Source: an uncultured Dictyoglomota bacterium
GTDB taxonomy: Bacteria > Dictyoglomota > Dictyoglomia > Dictyoglomales > Dictyoglomaceae
Assembly (NCBI GenBank): GCA_964654465.1
Contig: CAZZIO010000065.1
Coordinates: 96,001 to 160,000, forward strand
Direction: 5' to 3'
Length of the DNA: 64,000 bases
In this document: one piece after another, positions 38,348 to 49,128 of the stretch
Numbering within the stretch: position 1 is the stretch's first letter
How the letters are laid out: each line of letters opens with the position of its first letter
The notes under the pieces: generated by a model
Databases searched by the model: none
What the model saw: only the letters and a program-made list of their open reading frames with translations
What the model was told of the DNA's origin: nothing
Translations under genes and position numbers: made by a program

Positions 38348-40783
38348 TTAACCCATTTCTACTGTTACCTGATGAATTTTTCCATCATTAAAAACAGGTA
38401 ATAAATTCCCTTCTATCTCTTTTCCATCCAATAATATTCTTTTAATACCTTTCGAGACTCCTTTACTATTTTCTATCTTTATATCATACACAGCACCCCT
38501 GAATTTTCTAACCACTCTAAATTCTTTCCAATCAGGAGGGATACAGGGATCTATTCTGAGACCATCATAATCCGGTCTTATACCCAATACAAATTGGGAT
38601 ATTAACACAAAAGCCCAAGATGCAGTACCAGTAAGCCATGAATTTTTACCTTCCCCATGTCTTTTAGCATCTTTTCCAGCTACCATTTGACAATACACAT
38701 AAGGCTCCATTTTATGGATCTCACTTTCATCCTCAAAATATGCGGGTGTAATCTTCCTATATACCTCAAAGGCTCTTTTTCCTCTACCTATTACCGTCTC
38801 TCCTATACCTACCCAAGGATTATTATGGCAAAATATTCCTGCATTTTCCTTGTATCCTGGTGGATAAGAAGAGATCTCGCCCAATTCTATATAATATCTG
38901 GAATAAGCTGGCTGTTGTAAAACCATACCATATTGGGTATCTAAATACTTAATACAAGAATCTAAAGCAGATATAGCTCTCCCATCTTCTACTCCAATTC
39001 CTGCCATAGTACATATACCTTGAGGTTCAATAAATATCTTTCCTTCTTCACATTCTTTGCTTCCTACTTTTCTACCAAAGTAATCATAGGCCCTTAAAAA
39101 CCATTCTCCATCCCATCCATACTTGTTAATCGCTTCAATCATTTGCTTTCTTGCTTCTTCAGCCCACTTAGCCTCTTCTTCCTCTCCCATTGCTTTACAC
39201 ATTCTTATATAATCTGGTGTAGCATATACAAAAAGCCCTGCTATAAATACTGACTCTGCAGTACCACCTTCTACATTAGAGGTAGTCTGGAAAGATTCAT
39301 CAGGGGTTTTTGAGAAACAATTAAGATTAAGACAATCATTCCAGTCTGCTCTTCCTATAAGAGGCAAACCATGTGGTCCTAAATTATTTGTTACATGATG
39401 ATAAGCTTTCTTAATATGTTCAAATAGTGTACCTTTCCTATTCTCATCATTATTATAAGGAATTATTTCTTTTAATATATTAAAATCCCCAGTCTCTTTT
39501 ATATAAGCTCCTGTGGAAAGAATAATCCACAAAGGATCATCATTAAAACCACTTCCTATATCATTGTTCCCTCTCTTTGTCAATGGTTGATATTGATGAT
39601 AACAACTCCCATCTTCAAACATAGTTGAAGCAAGATCCAAAATTCTCTCCCTTACTCTATTTGGAATCATATGAACAGAACCTAAGATATCTTGATTTGA
39701 ATCTCTAAAACCTATTCCTCTACTTATTCCTGATTCAAAATATGATGCGCTTCTTGCCACATTAAAGGTAATCATACATTGATACTGATTCCATATATTA
39801 ACCATCCTTGAAAGAATTTCATCATCATGATTAATTTGATATTTTGATAATATCTCGTCCCAATACTCTTTTAATTCTAAAAAGGCATTATCAACAGATT
39901 TTACATCTTTAAATCTTTCTATCATTTCATAAGCTCTTTTCTTGTTAATTACCCCTGGCCTTTCCCATTTTTCCTCATCAGGATTTTCAACATAACCTAA
40001 TATAAATACAAAATCCTTAGATTCCCCAGGTTCTAAATTAACCTCAATATAATGAGATGCAATAGGTGCCCATCCTTCTGCCACTGAGTTAAATGCCCTT
40101 CCTTCAACAACAGCTCTTGGTTCATCAAAACCATTATACATACCTATAAATGTATCTCTGTCTGTATCAAAACCCTGAATTGGAACATTTACAGAATAAA
40201 AAGCAAAATGATTTCTTCTCTCCCTATATTCCGTCTTGTGATATATGACTGATCCTTCTACTTCTACTTCACCGGTAGAAAGATTTCTCTGAAAATTAGT
40301 TTGATCGTCCCAAGCATTCCATAGACACCATTCCACAAAAGAAAATAGCTTTAAATATCTCTTAGTATTAGAATTATTTTTTAATGTCAATTTATGTATC
40401 TCACCATTAAACCTCAAAGGTACAAAAAAAAGTATTTCAGCCGAAATTCCGTTCTTCTCCCCCAATATCTTTGTATATGATAGTCCATGCCTACACTCAT
40501 ATTTATCTAAATCCTTCTTCGTGGGCTTCCATGATGGATTCCAAAAATCTCCATCTTCCCAAATATAGAAATATCTTCCACCATTATCCAAAGGTACATT
40601 ATTGTACCTAAATCTTAATATTCTTCTAAGCCTTGCATCCTTGTAGAAACAATAACCTCCTGCTGTATTTGAAATTATGGAAAAGAAATCCTCAACCCCC
40701 AAATAGTTAATCCAAGGAAACGGAGTTTGAGGGGTTGTTATAACATACTCCCTATTTTTATCATCAAAATATCCAAATCTCAT
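38348..40783 (-). CDS. cbp: GH94 cellobiose phosphorylase
   Basis: [50 protein letters not shown]. Confidence 0.92.
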   Translation of the reverse strand: MRFGYFDDKNREYVITTPQTPFPWINYLGVEDFFSIISNTAGGYCFYKDARLRRILRFRYNNVPLDNGGRYFYIWEDGDFWNPSWKPTKKDLDKYECRHGLSYTKILGEKNGISAEILFFVPLRFNGEIHKLTLKNNSNTKRYLKLFSFVEWCLWNAWDDQTNFQRNLSTGEVEVEGSVIYHKTEYRERRNHFAFYSVNVPIQGFDTDRDTFIGMYNGFDEPRAVVEGRAFNSVAEGWAPIASHYIEVNLEPGESKDFVFILGYVENPDEEKWERPGVINKKRAYEMIERFKDVKSVDNAFLELKEYWDEILSKYQINHDDEILSRMVNIWNQYQCMITFNVARSASYFESGISRGIGFRDSNQDILGSVHMIPNRVRERILDLASTMFEDGSCYHQYQPLTKRGNNDIGSGFNDDPLWIILSTGAYIKETGDFNILKEIIPYNNDENRKGTLFEHIKKAYHHVTNNLGPHGLPLIGRADWNDCLNLNCFSKTPDESFQTTSNVEGGTAESVFIAGLFVYATPDYIRMCKAMGEEEEAKWAEEARKQMIEAINKYGWDGEWFLRAYDYFGRKVGSKECEEGKIFIEPQGICTMAGIGVEDGRAISALDSCIKYLDTQYGMVLQQPAYSRYYIELGEISSYPPGYKENAGIFCHNNPWVGIGETVIGRGKRAFEVYRKITPAYFEDESEIHKMEPYVYCQMVAGKDAKRHGEGKNSWLTGTASWAFVLISQFVLGIRPDYDGLRIDPCIPPDWKEFRVVRKFRGAVYDIKIENSKGVSKGIKRILLDGKEIEGNLLPVFNDGKIHQVTVEMG

Positions 40784-40799
40784 TTTTAATTCTCCTCCT

Positions 40800-43229
40800 T
40801 TATCCCATAATTACTATTATCTCATTATCATCTTTCAAATCTTCTTCTAAAATAAAATTACCCTCAACCTCTCTTCCATTGAGGTTAATAGCTTTCACAC
40901 CCTTCTGTACCCCATTTGGATTTTCCACTTTAATCCTCAATTTTTTACCCCTAAAGACTTTCTCTATATAAAATTCTTTCCAATGAGATGGTACACAAGG
41001 ATCGATCACTATACCGTCATAATCAGGCTTAATTCCAAGTATTCCTTCTACAGCAGCTACCATCATGCTGGAGGCAGTACCAGTTAACCAATGAACATGT
41101 GCTCTCCCATGATAAGGACTATCCTTTCCTTCCACAAACTGACAATGGACATAAGGCTCTGCTTCCCTTATCTCTGCTTTATCATTCATATTGGCTGGAT
41201 TTACTTCTTGATAATATTTGAAGGCTCTATCTCCATTACCAAGAATGGTCTCTGCTTTTATAAGCCATCCTTGGGGATGGCAGAAAATTCCTGCATTTTC
41301 CTTCATACCTGGATTGAAGAGAATCATTCTAAATACAGGAAATCCCCAAGTCCTTACAGGTGGATACATAATCATAGCTCCATAGTCAGTATTAAGTATT
41401 TTTTCCACATTATCCATTGAAATCTTTGCTTGTTCTTCTGTAGCCACCCCACTTAATACAGCCCAAACCTGTGGATTAAGCCAGAAACTCGCCTCATTGT
41501 TATTCTTAGACCCTATAACTTCATCTCCTATAAATCCTCTTACAAACCTGTCTCCTTCCCAAGCATATTTCTGTATGTTTTCATATAATTTAAGGGCTTC
41601 CTTTTCAGCCCATTCTACATCTTCTTTTTTACCTTTTCTTTCAGCAAACTCAGCAAATATCTTTAGTGCAAGATACAATTGCATGGATGCAAAAACTGTC
41701 TCTCCTTCTTCCCCAAGTCTTAAAGTATCATTCCAATCAGCATCTAATCCAAAAGTCAATCCGTGCTTACCTAATTTACTAAGAGAGAATAAAATACCTT
41801 TTCTTAAATGTTCATATACTGTATCTTCCCCATAATCAGAATAAGGTATTACTTCATCCAAAAATGCCAAATCTCCAGTTTCTTTAATGTATTGCCTTAT
41901 GGTAATATACAGCCACAAATGGTCATCACATCTATATTCAGTGTATCCAGTTCTCTTTACATAATACGGATTATCCAATGATAAGCCTTGATTAGGTTTA
42001 ATCTCATAATCAAAAAATACTAAAGGCAAAGCTACCCCTTTAGATGTTTGTCCCGCTAACATAAGTCTTAACCTTTTCTTTGCCTCTTGTGGTTCAAGAT
42101 GAATTATTCCTTGTATATCTTGTACAGTATCTCTATATCCGTATCCATCCCTTTGCCCCACATAAATCATAGAGGCAGCTCTTGACCAGAAGAAAGTAAT
42201 AAAACATTGATATGCATTCCATATATTAACCATAGTATCGAAGTTCTCGTCTGGAGTCTTAACTTTAAAGCCTTCAAGTTTTGATTGCCAATAATTCTTA
42301 AGTTCATTCCACTCCTTTTCAACTATACCTTTTTCTTTATATTTTGCCATGACCTGTCTACCTGTAGCTTCTGCTCCTTGACCAAGTACATATATTACTT
42401 CTCTTTCTTCTCCTGATTCTAAATCCAAAACAACTTGAGTACCAGCACAACTATTTTTACCATAATTTAGACTATTACTACACATTCCTCTTTCCACTGC
42501 AATAGGATTTGAGTAATCTCTATAACTTCCTATAAATATGTCTCTGTCACCATCATAAGAAACAACTTTCTCTCCAATCACTCCAAAAAATCTGTTAAAT
42601 CTTCTACCACTTATTCCTTCTTCTTGAGGTATAACTCTACCAATCTCTGAATAATTTTCATTTATTGTCTGTATTATAAGATTATCTTTATAATAGGTTT
42701 TAGATATATAAAGGGTATATTGCATATTTACTAAATCTTGCGTTTCATTGGGTTCATTTGTAAATTCTGCATAACTAAAAAGGGAAATCTTTCTTCTTCT
42801 TCCACTATTATTTCTAACTTTTATTGCCCATACTTCATATAGTTCATTTAAGGGGACATAATATAAGGTCTCAGTTTCTATACCATCGTATTTTGAAGTT
42901 ATAATCGTATAAAGAATACCATGTCTACATATAGATTCATACTTTGATAAATCTTTTTTTACAGGAAGCCAAGATGCGGACCAATAATCTCCATTCTCCA
43001 TATCCCTAAGATATATATATCTTCCAGGAGCTGTGGTAGGTGGAACATTGAATCTTCCTCTTAATATTCTTCCGCTTGCCCCTGATTTGACGAAACTATA
43101 ACCTTGAGCGTTATTAGTAATAATAGCTCCATATTCTAAAGATCCAAGATAATTAGTCCATTCCCTCGGAGTATCAGGCCTGGTAATAACATATTCTTTT
43201 CTCTCACTATCAAAATAGCCAAATCTCAT
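40800..43229 (-). CDS. GH94 phosphorylase, cellodextrin (CepB-like) or chitobiose type
   Basis: [38 protein letters not shown]. Confidence 0.85.
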   Translation of the reverse strand: MRFGYFDSERKEYVITRPDTPREWTNYLGSLEYGAIITNNAQGYSFVKSGASGRILRGRFNVPPTTAPGRYIYLRDMENGDYWSASWLPVKKDLSKYESICRHGILYTIITSKYDGIETETLYYVPLNELYEVWAIKVRNNSGRRRKISLFSYAEFTNEPNETQDLVNMQYTLYISKTYYKDNLIIQTINENYSEIGRVIPQEEGISGRRFNRFFGVIGEKVVSYDGDRDIFIGSYRDYSNPIAVERGMCSNSLNYGKNSCAGTQVVLDLESGEEREVIYVLGQGAEATGRQVMAKYKEKGIVEKEWNELKNYWQSKLEGFKVKTPDENFDTMVNIWNAYQCFITFFWSRAASMIYVGQRDGYGYRDTVQDIQGIIHLEPQEAKKRLRLMLAGQTSKGVALPLVFFDYEIKPNQGLSLDNPYYVKRTGYTEYRCDDHLWLYITIRQYIKETGDLAFLDEVIPYSDYGEDTVYEHLRKGILFSLSKLGKHGLTFGLDADWNDTLRLGEEGETVFASMQLYLALKIFAEFAERKGKKEDVEWAEKEALKLYENIQKYAWEGDRFVRGFIGDEVIGSKNNNEASFWLNPQVWAVLSGVATEEQAKISMDNVEKILNTDYGAMIMYPPVRTWGFPVFRMILFNPGMKENAGIFCHPQGWLIKAETILGNGDRAFKYYQEVNPANMNDKAEIREAEPYVHCQFVEGKDSPYHGRAHVHWLTGTASSMMVAAVEGILGIKPDYDGIVIDPCVPSHWKEFYIEKVFRGKKLRIKVENPNGVQKGVKAINLNGREVEGNFILEEDLKDDNEIIVIMG

Positions 43230-43316
43230 GAATAAACCCCCTTATCTATTTAATTTTTCATAAACTTTATTAAGAAACCAGTTATAATTTCATCAAGAAA
43301 CTTTTACTTAATATGT

Positions 43317-43345
43317 ATAGTACAGACTTAGATAGCATATGTCAA
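43317..43345 (-). promoter_or_regulatory. Sigma70-type promoter of the GH94 operon
   Basis: Minus strand TTGACA-17 bp-TACTAT. Confidence 0.7.
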
Positions 43346-43366
43346 TAAGGGTATTAAACTAATTAT

Positions 43367-43404
43367 AAAAAAGGCTGGAAAGATAATTTAATATCCTTCC
43401 AGCC
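43367..43404 (-). terminator. Intrinsic terminator after eda
   Basis: GGCTGGAA...TTCCAGCC stem with a T-run on the minus strand. Confidence 0.75.
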
Positions 43405-43438
43405 CTTAAAAAATACCTTTTATAAAATTAAAATTTTA

Positions 43439-44083
43439 TTACGATCTTGCCTTTTTAATTTCCTCTATATAATTTTTTGCTCTCTCTGTTAATATTTCGA
43501 ATTTTTTCTCTGCAATAACCTTTTTATCTACCAAATTTCCCCCAACTCCTACAAAACAGGCACCAGCCTTAATGAATTCTCCCACATTTTCTAAACTTAC
43601 TCCTCCTGTAGGAGATATTCTAATATATGGCATAGGTCCATGTATAGCTTTTATATATTTAGGTCCTAATGTATCTGCGGGAAAAAGCTTTACCACATCC
43701 GCTCCTTCTTCCCAAGCAGTTAATATCTCTGTAGGTGTATAAGCTCCAGAAACAGCTATTTTATCATACCTATGACATAAATTTATAATTTCTTTCTTTA
43801 AAACTGGAGAAACAATGAAATCTGCACCAGCGAGAATAGCCATTCTTGCAGTTTCAGGATCTAATACTGTACCCATACCAACTATGGCTTCTTTGCCAAG
43901 AGCCTTCTTCACTTTTGGCAAATATTCTATAGCTAAAGGGACTGTCATTGTAATCTCTAAAGAAATAACTCCTCCGTCATATAAAGCTTTAGTCACATCC
44001 AATAAATCTTCGGGAGAATCTGTTCTTATTACCGCCACTATTCCACATTCTATCATTCTTTCTAAAATATCATATCGCCCCAT
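43439..44083 (-). CDS. eda: KDPG/KHG aldolase
   Basis: VAVIR, EIT, GTVL, FIVSP, TPTEI, VKLFPA, PTGGV. Confidence 0.93.
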   Translation of the reverse strand: MGRYDILERMIECGIVAVIRTDSPEDLLDVTKALYDGGVISLEITMTVPLAIEYLPKVKKALGKEAIVGMGTVLDPETARMAILAGADFIVSPVLKKEIINLCHRYDKIAVSGAYTPTEILTAWEEGADVVKLFPADTLGPKYIKAIHGPMPYIRISPTGGVSLENVGEFIKAGACFVGVGGNLVDKKVIAEKKFEILTERAKNYIEEIKKARS

Positions 44084-44097
44084 AATAATTCCTCCCC

Positions 44098-44904
44098 TTA
44101 CCTTTTAGATTCCCTTATAATTTTCTCTACCGCTTTAATCCACTTATGATTAGGATCATCATTAATAATTGACTCCCTTATGTCTCCTGCAAGTATCCAG
44201 AGATAGTAGAGTTGGTATCCAGGAGCAGAAACTACAGGATGATACCCTCTGTTTATTAGGAGTAAGGAATTATCTTCTATCAAATAAACATTATCTATAT
44301 CCCTTTCAGGTGTATAAACCCTTTGCAACCCAAATCCATTAGGAGGATTTAATTTATAAAAATATACCTCCTCCATCTTCACCTCTTCAGGATAATTATT
44401 GGTATCGTGCTTATGAGGTGGATAGCTGGACCAATTACCTGGAGGATTTATAGTCTCTCCAATTAATAACCTTTTTGCCTTTATTCTCCTATCAATAATA
44501 TCCTTTACATCTCTCCTCCAATTATGTACTCCCACATCTCTAATTATCACGTCCCCAGGTTTGATTAATTTTACCTCTTCATCTGTTTTTACCCTTGTTT
44601 TGCAGATAGCAACCTCTATATTTTCCAAAGCTTCAATTTTCACCTCTTTATTATTAGGTATATAAAGTGCATAAGCATTTCCATCGAAAACATTTCTTCT
44701 TGCCCCTAAATTATCATATTTTATATCATCTATAGTTACATTAAGTTTACCTGTCAATATAATAAGGCCAATTTCATAATCTTTTGAATTAAAAGAATAG
44801 GAATCTCCTTTCTCTCCTTTAAATATATCTAATTCTATGTATTCCATTTCACCTGGTTTCACAAGGGAGTTTAAGCCTTTCTCAAGAATAACCTTTCTAA
44901 ACAT
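44098..44904 (-). CDS. iolB: IolB/KduI-family sugar-acid isomerase
   Basis: GNWSSYPPHKHD, EEVYFY, GYHP, YYLW; ATG 44904 after AGGAGGAG. Confidence 0.87.
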   Translation of the reverse strand: MFRKVILEKGLNSLVKPGEMEYIELDIFKGEKGDSYSFNSKDYEIGLIILTGKLNVTIDDIKYDNLGARRNVFDGNAYALYIPNNKEVKIEALENIEVAICKTRVKTDEEVKLIKPGDVIIRDVGVHNWRRDVKDIIDRRIKAKRLLIGETINPPGNWSSYPPHKHDTNNYPEEVKMEEVYFYKLNPPNGFGLQRVYTPERDIDNVYLIEDNSLLLINRGYHPVVSAPGYQLYYLWILAGDIRESIINDDPNHKWIKAVEKIIRESKR

Positions 44905-44952
44905 ATTTACTCCTCCTTTTTTATCACTAAAAAATAATAGAGGCATTATTGA

Positions 44953-44981
44953 ATGATATAATGATTAACTTTTTTTGTCAA
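44953..44981 (-). promoter_or_regulatory. Sigma70-type promoter of iolB-eda
   Basis: Minus strand TTGACA-17 bp-TATCAT. Confidence 0.65.
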
Positions 44982-45028
44982 GAGTAAAAATACAGCAAGC
45001 GTTTATTAAATCAATATTAAAAAATTAA

Positions 45029-45053
45029 GGGATTCCCCCTATAAAGGAATCCC
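45029..45053 (-). terminator. Hairpin after the lipoprotein gene
   Basis: GGGATTCC...GGAATCCC followed on minus by TTAATTTTTT. Confidence 0.65.
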
Positions 45054-45086
45054 CTAATAATGAATTTTTTGTTTATTATAAAATAT

Positions 45087-45968
45087 TTATTGCAAATAAT
45101 TAGACAAATGAAGTTCTAAATATAGATCATCATATCCGTAAGTTGTAGGATCCCCGTCACTATCTTTACTTCCTGAAATCTTCAAGATAGGATCATTGGT
45201 ATTATCCCCAACAACAGAAGAAGATGCAGAAATCATAAGTTTATTATCTATATTTATATTATTTTCAAAGTCAACATATATAGCATAAATAGAAAACTTT
45301 CCGGTTAAAACTGGGAAATTGTTAAAATTACTTAATTTAACCACACCTACGTTTTCTAAAGACATTGTCAGTCCAATTTTATTTACTTTATTTGGATCTG
45401 TATAACCATATAAATAATAAGAAGATCTCAAACTTACAGGATAAGCACCATCAATACCATTTTTTATGTCCTTATTAAAAATAAAATACCCTTCTATACG
45501 CGCTCCCAACACTTGATTATTTAATTGAGAATACCCATCTAATACATATTCAAGTCTCTTTACTGAAGAATAATATCTTACTTTTAGGTAACTTCCAGTA
45601 TCAATTTGTAACATATACCAACCATTAGCATCTGGCCCTTGCCATTCATTTGTAGGCTCAATTGTTATTTTCTCGAGTGGAGTCTTTATAGCTTCTTTTA
45701 ATGACATGGATTTGCTAATCATTAGATTATTAAAGCTTCTACTAATTGGTGATACCAGTGAACTTCCTTGATTAAAAACAACACTTGGTATGTCCATATA
45801 AATATCTATGTTCTTGGCGTAATCCGAATCAGTATTAATTACAGTAGCATAAATATTGTTTAGTTGATCTTGGGTTAAATCTTTATCTGGTTGTGGCTCC
45901 TGTTTTACACAACCTGAAAGAAAAATCGCAAGGATGGCTATTAAGATTAATATCAAACATTTTTTCAT
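45087..45968 (-). CDS. Hypothetical lipoprotein
   Basis: MKKCLILILIAILAIFLSGC lipobox; AGGAGG RBS; no recognised domain. Confidence 0.75.
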   Translation of the reverse strand: MKKCLILILIAILAIFLSGCVKQEPQPDKDLTQDQLNNIYATVINTDSDYAKNIDIYMDIPSVVFNQGSSLVSPISRSFNNLMISKSMSLKEAIKTPLEKITIEPTNEWQGPDANGWYMLQIDTGSYLKVRYYSSVKRLEYVLDGYSQLNNQVLGARIEGYFIFNKDIKNGIDGAYPVSLRSSYYLYGYTDPNKVNKIGLTMSLENVGVVKLSNFNNFPVLTGKFSIYAIYVDFENNINIDNKLMISASSSVVGDNTNDPILKISGSKDSDGDPTTYGYDDLYLELHLSNYLQ

Positions 45969-46131
45969 GAACAATTAATCCTCCTTCCCCAAAATTTTAT
46001 ACATTATTATTATAGCAATATATCTTAAAGGGTGTATTAAAAAATTTTCAATTCCTAAAAACTAATTGTTGATATAATAAAATACACTTACAAAATTAAT
46101 TTTAATTTCTTTAGGAGGTATATAAAAAAAG

Positions 46132-47463
46132 ATGTGTAAAAAGATAACTTTTATTGGGGCTGGAAGTCTTGGATTTACAAGAAATTTAGTACGTGATCTC
46201 CTTACCTTTCCTTCTTTTCAAGATGCTCATATTTTTTTAATGGATATAGACGAGGAAAGATTGAATTATTCAAAATTGATGGTAGAAAAAATAGTAAAAG
46301 CTGGAAATTATCCTGCAAAAGTATTTGCCACATTAAATAGACAAGAAGCATTAGATGGAGCTGATGCAGTCATAATAACTATTCTCGTTGGTGGAGTACA
46401 AATTTGGAGACATGATATAGAAATACCTAAAAAATATGGTGTAGATATAAATGTAGGAGATACAAGAGGCCCCGCAGGAATTTTTAGGGCTCTAAGAACT
46501 ATTCCTGTAATGATAGATATTGCTAAAGACATTGAGAAACATTGCCCAGAAGCAATAGTTTTAAACTATACAAACCCTATGGCAATGCTCATAAGAGCAG
46601 TACAAACAGTTTCTAAAATTAAAATCGTAGGACTATGCCATAGCGTACAAGGAACGGCTGAAATGCTTGCCCGCTGGATAGGAGCACCTATGAATGAAAT
46701 TACTTATTTTTGCGCTGGAATAAATCATCAGGCCTGGTTTTTGAAATATGAATGGAAGGGAAAAGATGCCTATCCTCTTATTAGAGAAGCAATTTTAACA
46801 AGACCTGAAATTTATAAAGAAGAAATTGTAAGAAACGAAATGTTTTTACAATTAGGATATTATGTCACAGAATCTTCAGGGCACAATTCGGAATACAACC
46901 CTTGGTTTAGAAAAAGACAAGACCTTATTGAAAAATATTGTCTTCCAGGTACAGGATGGAATCCAGGAGAATGGGGTTATATATTAAAAGAATATCTTAA
47001 GAGAGAGAACACTTGGAGAAAAGAGGTTAAAGAGTGGATTGAGAAAGAACCAATCAACCTTGAAAGAGGGCATGAATATGCTGCATATATATTAAATGCT
47101 ATTTTAGGCGATGGGACCATATTCGAATTTAATGGTAATATTAGGAATTTTGGTCTTATTGATAATTTACCTTATGGGGCTTGTGTAGAAGTACCTATTA
47201 TTGCGTCAAAAAGAGGTTTCGATTCTATAAAGGTAGGTAATCTTCCACCTCAGGTTGCTATCTTAAACTACATAAACTCATCTTGTGAAGAATTAGCTGT
47301 AGAAGGATCTCTTGAAGGTGATCCTAAAAAGATATTCTATGCAATAGCTTATGATCCCCTTACATCAGCAGTTTTATCCTTAGCTGAAATAAAACAGATG
47401 GTAAAAGAGATGTTTGAAATTAATAAAGATTATCTTCCTCAATTTAAAAATTTTGAGATATAA
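46132..47463 (+). CDS. melA: GH4 alpha-galactosidase (NAD+/Mn2+-dependent)
   Basis: [46 protein letters not shown]. Confidence 0.88.
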   Translation: MCKKITFIGAGSLGFTRNLVRDLLTFPSFQDAHIFLMDIDEERLNYSKLMVEKIVKAGNYPAKVFATLNRQEALDGADAVIITILVGGVQIWRHDIEIPKKYGVDINVGDTRGPAGIFRALRTIPVMIDIAKDIEKHCPEAIVLNYTNPMAMLIRAVQTVSKIKIVGLCHSVQGTAEMLARWIGAPMNEITYFCAGINHQAWFLKYEWKGKDAYPLIREAILTRPEIYKEEIVRNEMFLQLGYYVTESSGHNSEYNPWFRKRQDLIEKYCLPGTGWNPGEWGYILKEYLKRENTWRKEVKEWIEKEPINLERGHEYAAYILNAILGDGTIFEFNGNIRNFGLIDNLPYGACVEVPIIASKRGFDSIKVGNLPPQVAILNYINSSCEELAVEGSLEGDPKKIFYAIAYDPLTSAVLSLAEIKQMVKEMFEINKDYLPQFKNFEI

Positions 47464-47477
47464 AAAGGTAAAAAGAT

Positions 47478-48338
47478 ATGAACAAATTGTTAGCTTTAGT
47501 ATCTGTAATAATATCTTGCCTCTTCTGGAGCATCTCTTTTTCTGTTTCCAAAATACTTCTAAATGAATATTCTCCTTTTGAACTATCCTTTATAAGATTT
47601 TTTCTTGCCTTTATATTTTCTGCTATTCTTTTTTATCCAAAGATTAGAAAAACTCCTTTGCATTGGAAATATCAAAAACCTCTATTTATAGCGGGAATGT
47701 TAGGGGTCACATTATATTTTGTCTTTGAAAACTCTGGTTTAAAATATACCGACGCTTCAGAAGGAGCCCTTATTGTGGGCTCCTTTCCTGCCTTGGGATT
47801 AATTGTAGAATTTCTCACCTCAAAAGAAAAAATACCAATGAATAGATTATGGGGTGTAGTACTTTCCATAATTGGAGTATTACTGATCATAGGAGATTCT
47901 GGAATTAACTTAAAATTTAACAATTTATTTGGTGATATTCTTGTACTTCTATCAGGGGTGATGTGGGTAATATACAATTGGGAAATAAAAAAGGTTAATC
48001 ATCTTTACTCCCACGAAGTAATAACTACCTTCCAAATGCTATGGGGAACCCTTTTATTTATTCCTTTTTTAACCTTTACAAGAATGCATATAAAAATTAA
48101 TTTTCCTATTTTCTTATCACTTTTTTATTTATCATTCTTTTGTTCCGTATTAGGCTACCTACTTTACAACTATGGTTTAAAACATCTTTCTGTAAGTCAA
48201 GTTGTAAATCTCTTAAATTTAATTCCACTTTTCGGAGCTATTTGGGGTGTAATTTATTTAAAAGAGACCTTAAGTTTTTTAAAAATTATAGGCGGAATAT
48301 TCATTATCTCAGGCGTTAGTCTATCATCTAAAAAATAA
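47478..48338 (+). CDS. DMT/EamA-family transporter
   Basis: About 10 TM in two EamA repeats. Confidence 0.88.
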   Translation: MNKLLALVSVIISCLFWSISFSVSKILLNEYSPFELSFIRFFLAFIFSAILFYPKIRKTPLHWKYQKPLFIAGMLGVTLYFVFENSGLKYTDASEGALIVGSFPALGLIVEFLTSKEKIPMNRLWGVVLSIIGVLLIIGDSGINLKFNNLFGDILVLLSGVMWVIYNWEIKKVNHLYSHEVITTFQMLWGTLLFIPFLTFTRMHIKINFPIFLSLFYLSFFCSVLGYLLYNYGLKHLSVSQVVNLLNLIPLFGAIWGVIYLKETLSFLKIIGGIFIISGVSLSSKK

Positions 48339-48339
48339 T

Positions 48340-48372
48340 AAGAGCCTACCCTTTACTCGGGTAGGCTCTTTT
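48340..48372. terminator. Bidirectional terminator
   Basis: AAGAGCCTACCC-tttactc-GGGTAGGCTCTT between convergent genes. Confidence 0.85.
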
Positions 48373-48395
48373 CTAAAAATCTCTAACCAAAGATT

Positions 48396-49046
48396 TTATT
48401 TTTCAAGCTTTAAATTTCCAAAATAGGAAGCATTTCTCCAAGCCTCATTATCCCACTCATTCCATGCAACTATTCCAACTCTATTTGCAAACATATTTGC
48501 ATCATTTACTTGTAAATCAAACCCAATTACCATTCCTTCACTTAATTTCCTTGTTCTCATCTTTACCTGAGCTTCTACAACATACCCAAAATCAGTCTTT
48601 CTTGTAGCTGTTACAAAATAGTCTTTAGAGGCATTAGTTCCAAAACTTTGATAATTATCGAAGTTTACTCTATACTGAGCATCATTGTTATCATACGAAG
48701 AAGCTTTCTCATTTCCTTCGTCCACAAATATCTCTACAGAATCTTGTTCCCAAGGATTAGTATTATCTTTATTTAAAAGAGAATCATAAACTTCTGCCAA
48801 AACATATATACTATCTTCATCCCACAATACTCTAAATTTAGCATAAGCTACTTTACCCTTTGTACCTGATACATATCTATCTGTTACATACTCATTGGCA
48901 GACTTCCAAACCTCATCCATTTGGGCATCAATTTTAGGTTTGCCATATTTAGCTACTGCAGTTTGTGTTTGTTGTCCGAGAGTCAAAGATGCTAAAATAA
49001 AAAGAACAAATAAGGATAAAATCAGAATAAAACTTAACTTTTTCAT
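48396..49046 (-). CDS. Secreted stand-alone CBM9 sugar-binding protein
   Basis: Signal peptide; AKYGKPKID, VLWD, NPWEQDSVEIFVDE, DAQYRVNF, IGFDLQVND, FGNLKL as in xylanase CBM9-2 modules. Confidence 0.88.
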   Translation of the reverse strand: MKKLSFILILSLFVLFILASLTLGQQTQTAVAKYGKPKIDAQMDEVWKSANEYVTDRYVSGTKGKVAYAKFRVLWDEDSIYVLAEVYDSLLNKDNTNPWEQDSVEIFVDEGNEKASSYDNNDAQYRVNFDNYQSFGTNASKDYFVTATRKTDFGYVVEAQVKMRTRKLSEGMVIGFDLQVNDANMFANRVGIVAWNEWDNEAWRNASYFGNLKLEK

Positions 49047-49128
49047 ACCAACTCCCCCTTTAATAAAATTTTAATAAGAATTATAAAGTTAATTAAATAA
49101 TTCTGTCAACCGTTCTTTTAATATTCCC

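Noticed and set aside
43240-43312. Possible ROK/XylR-type operator upstream of the GH94 operon
   Set aside because: Only weak dyad symmetry in very AT-rich DNA; not distinguishable from chance by eye.
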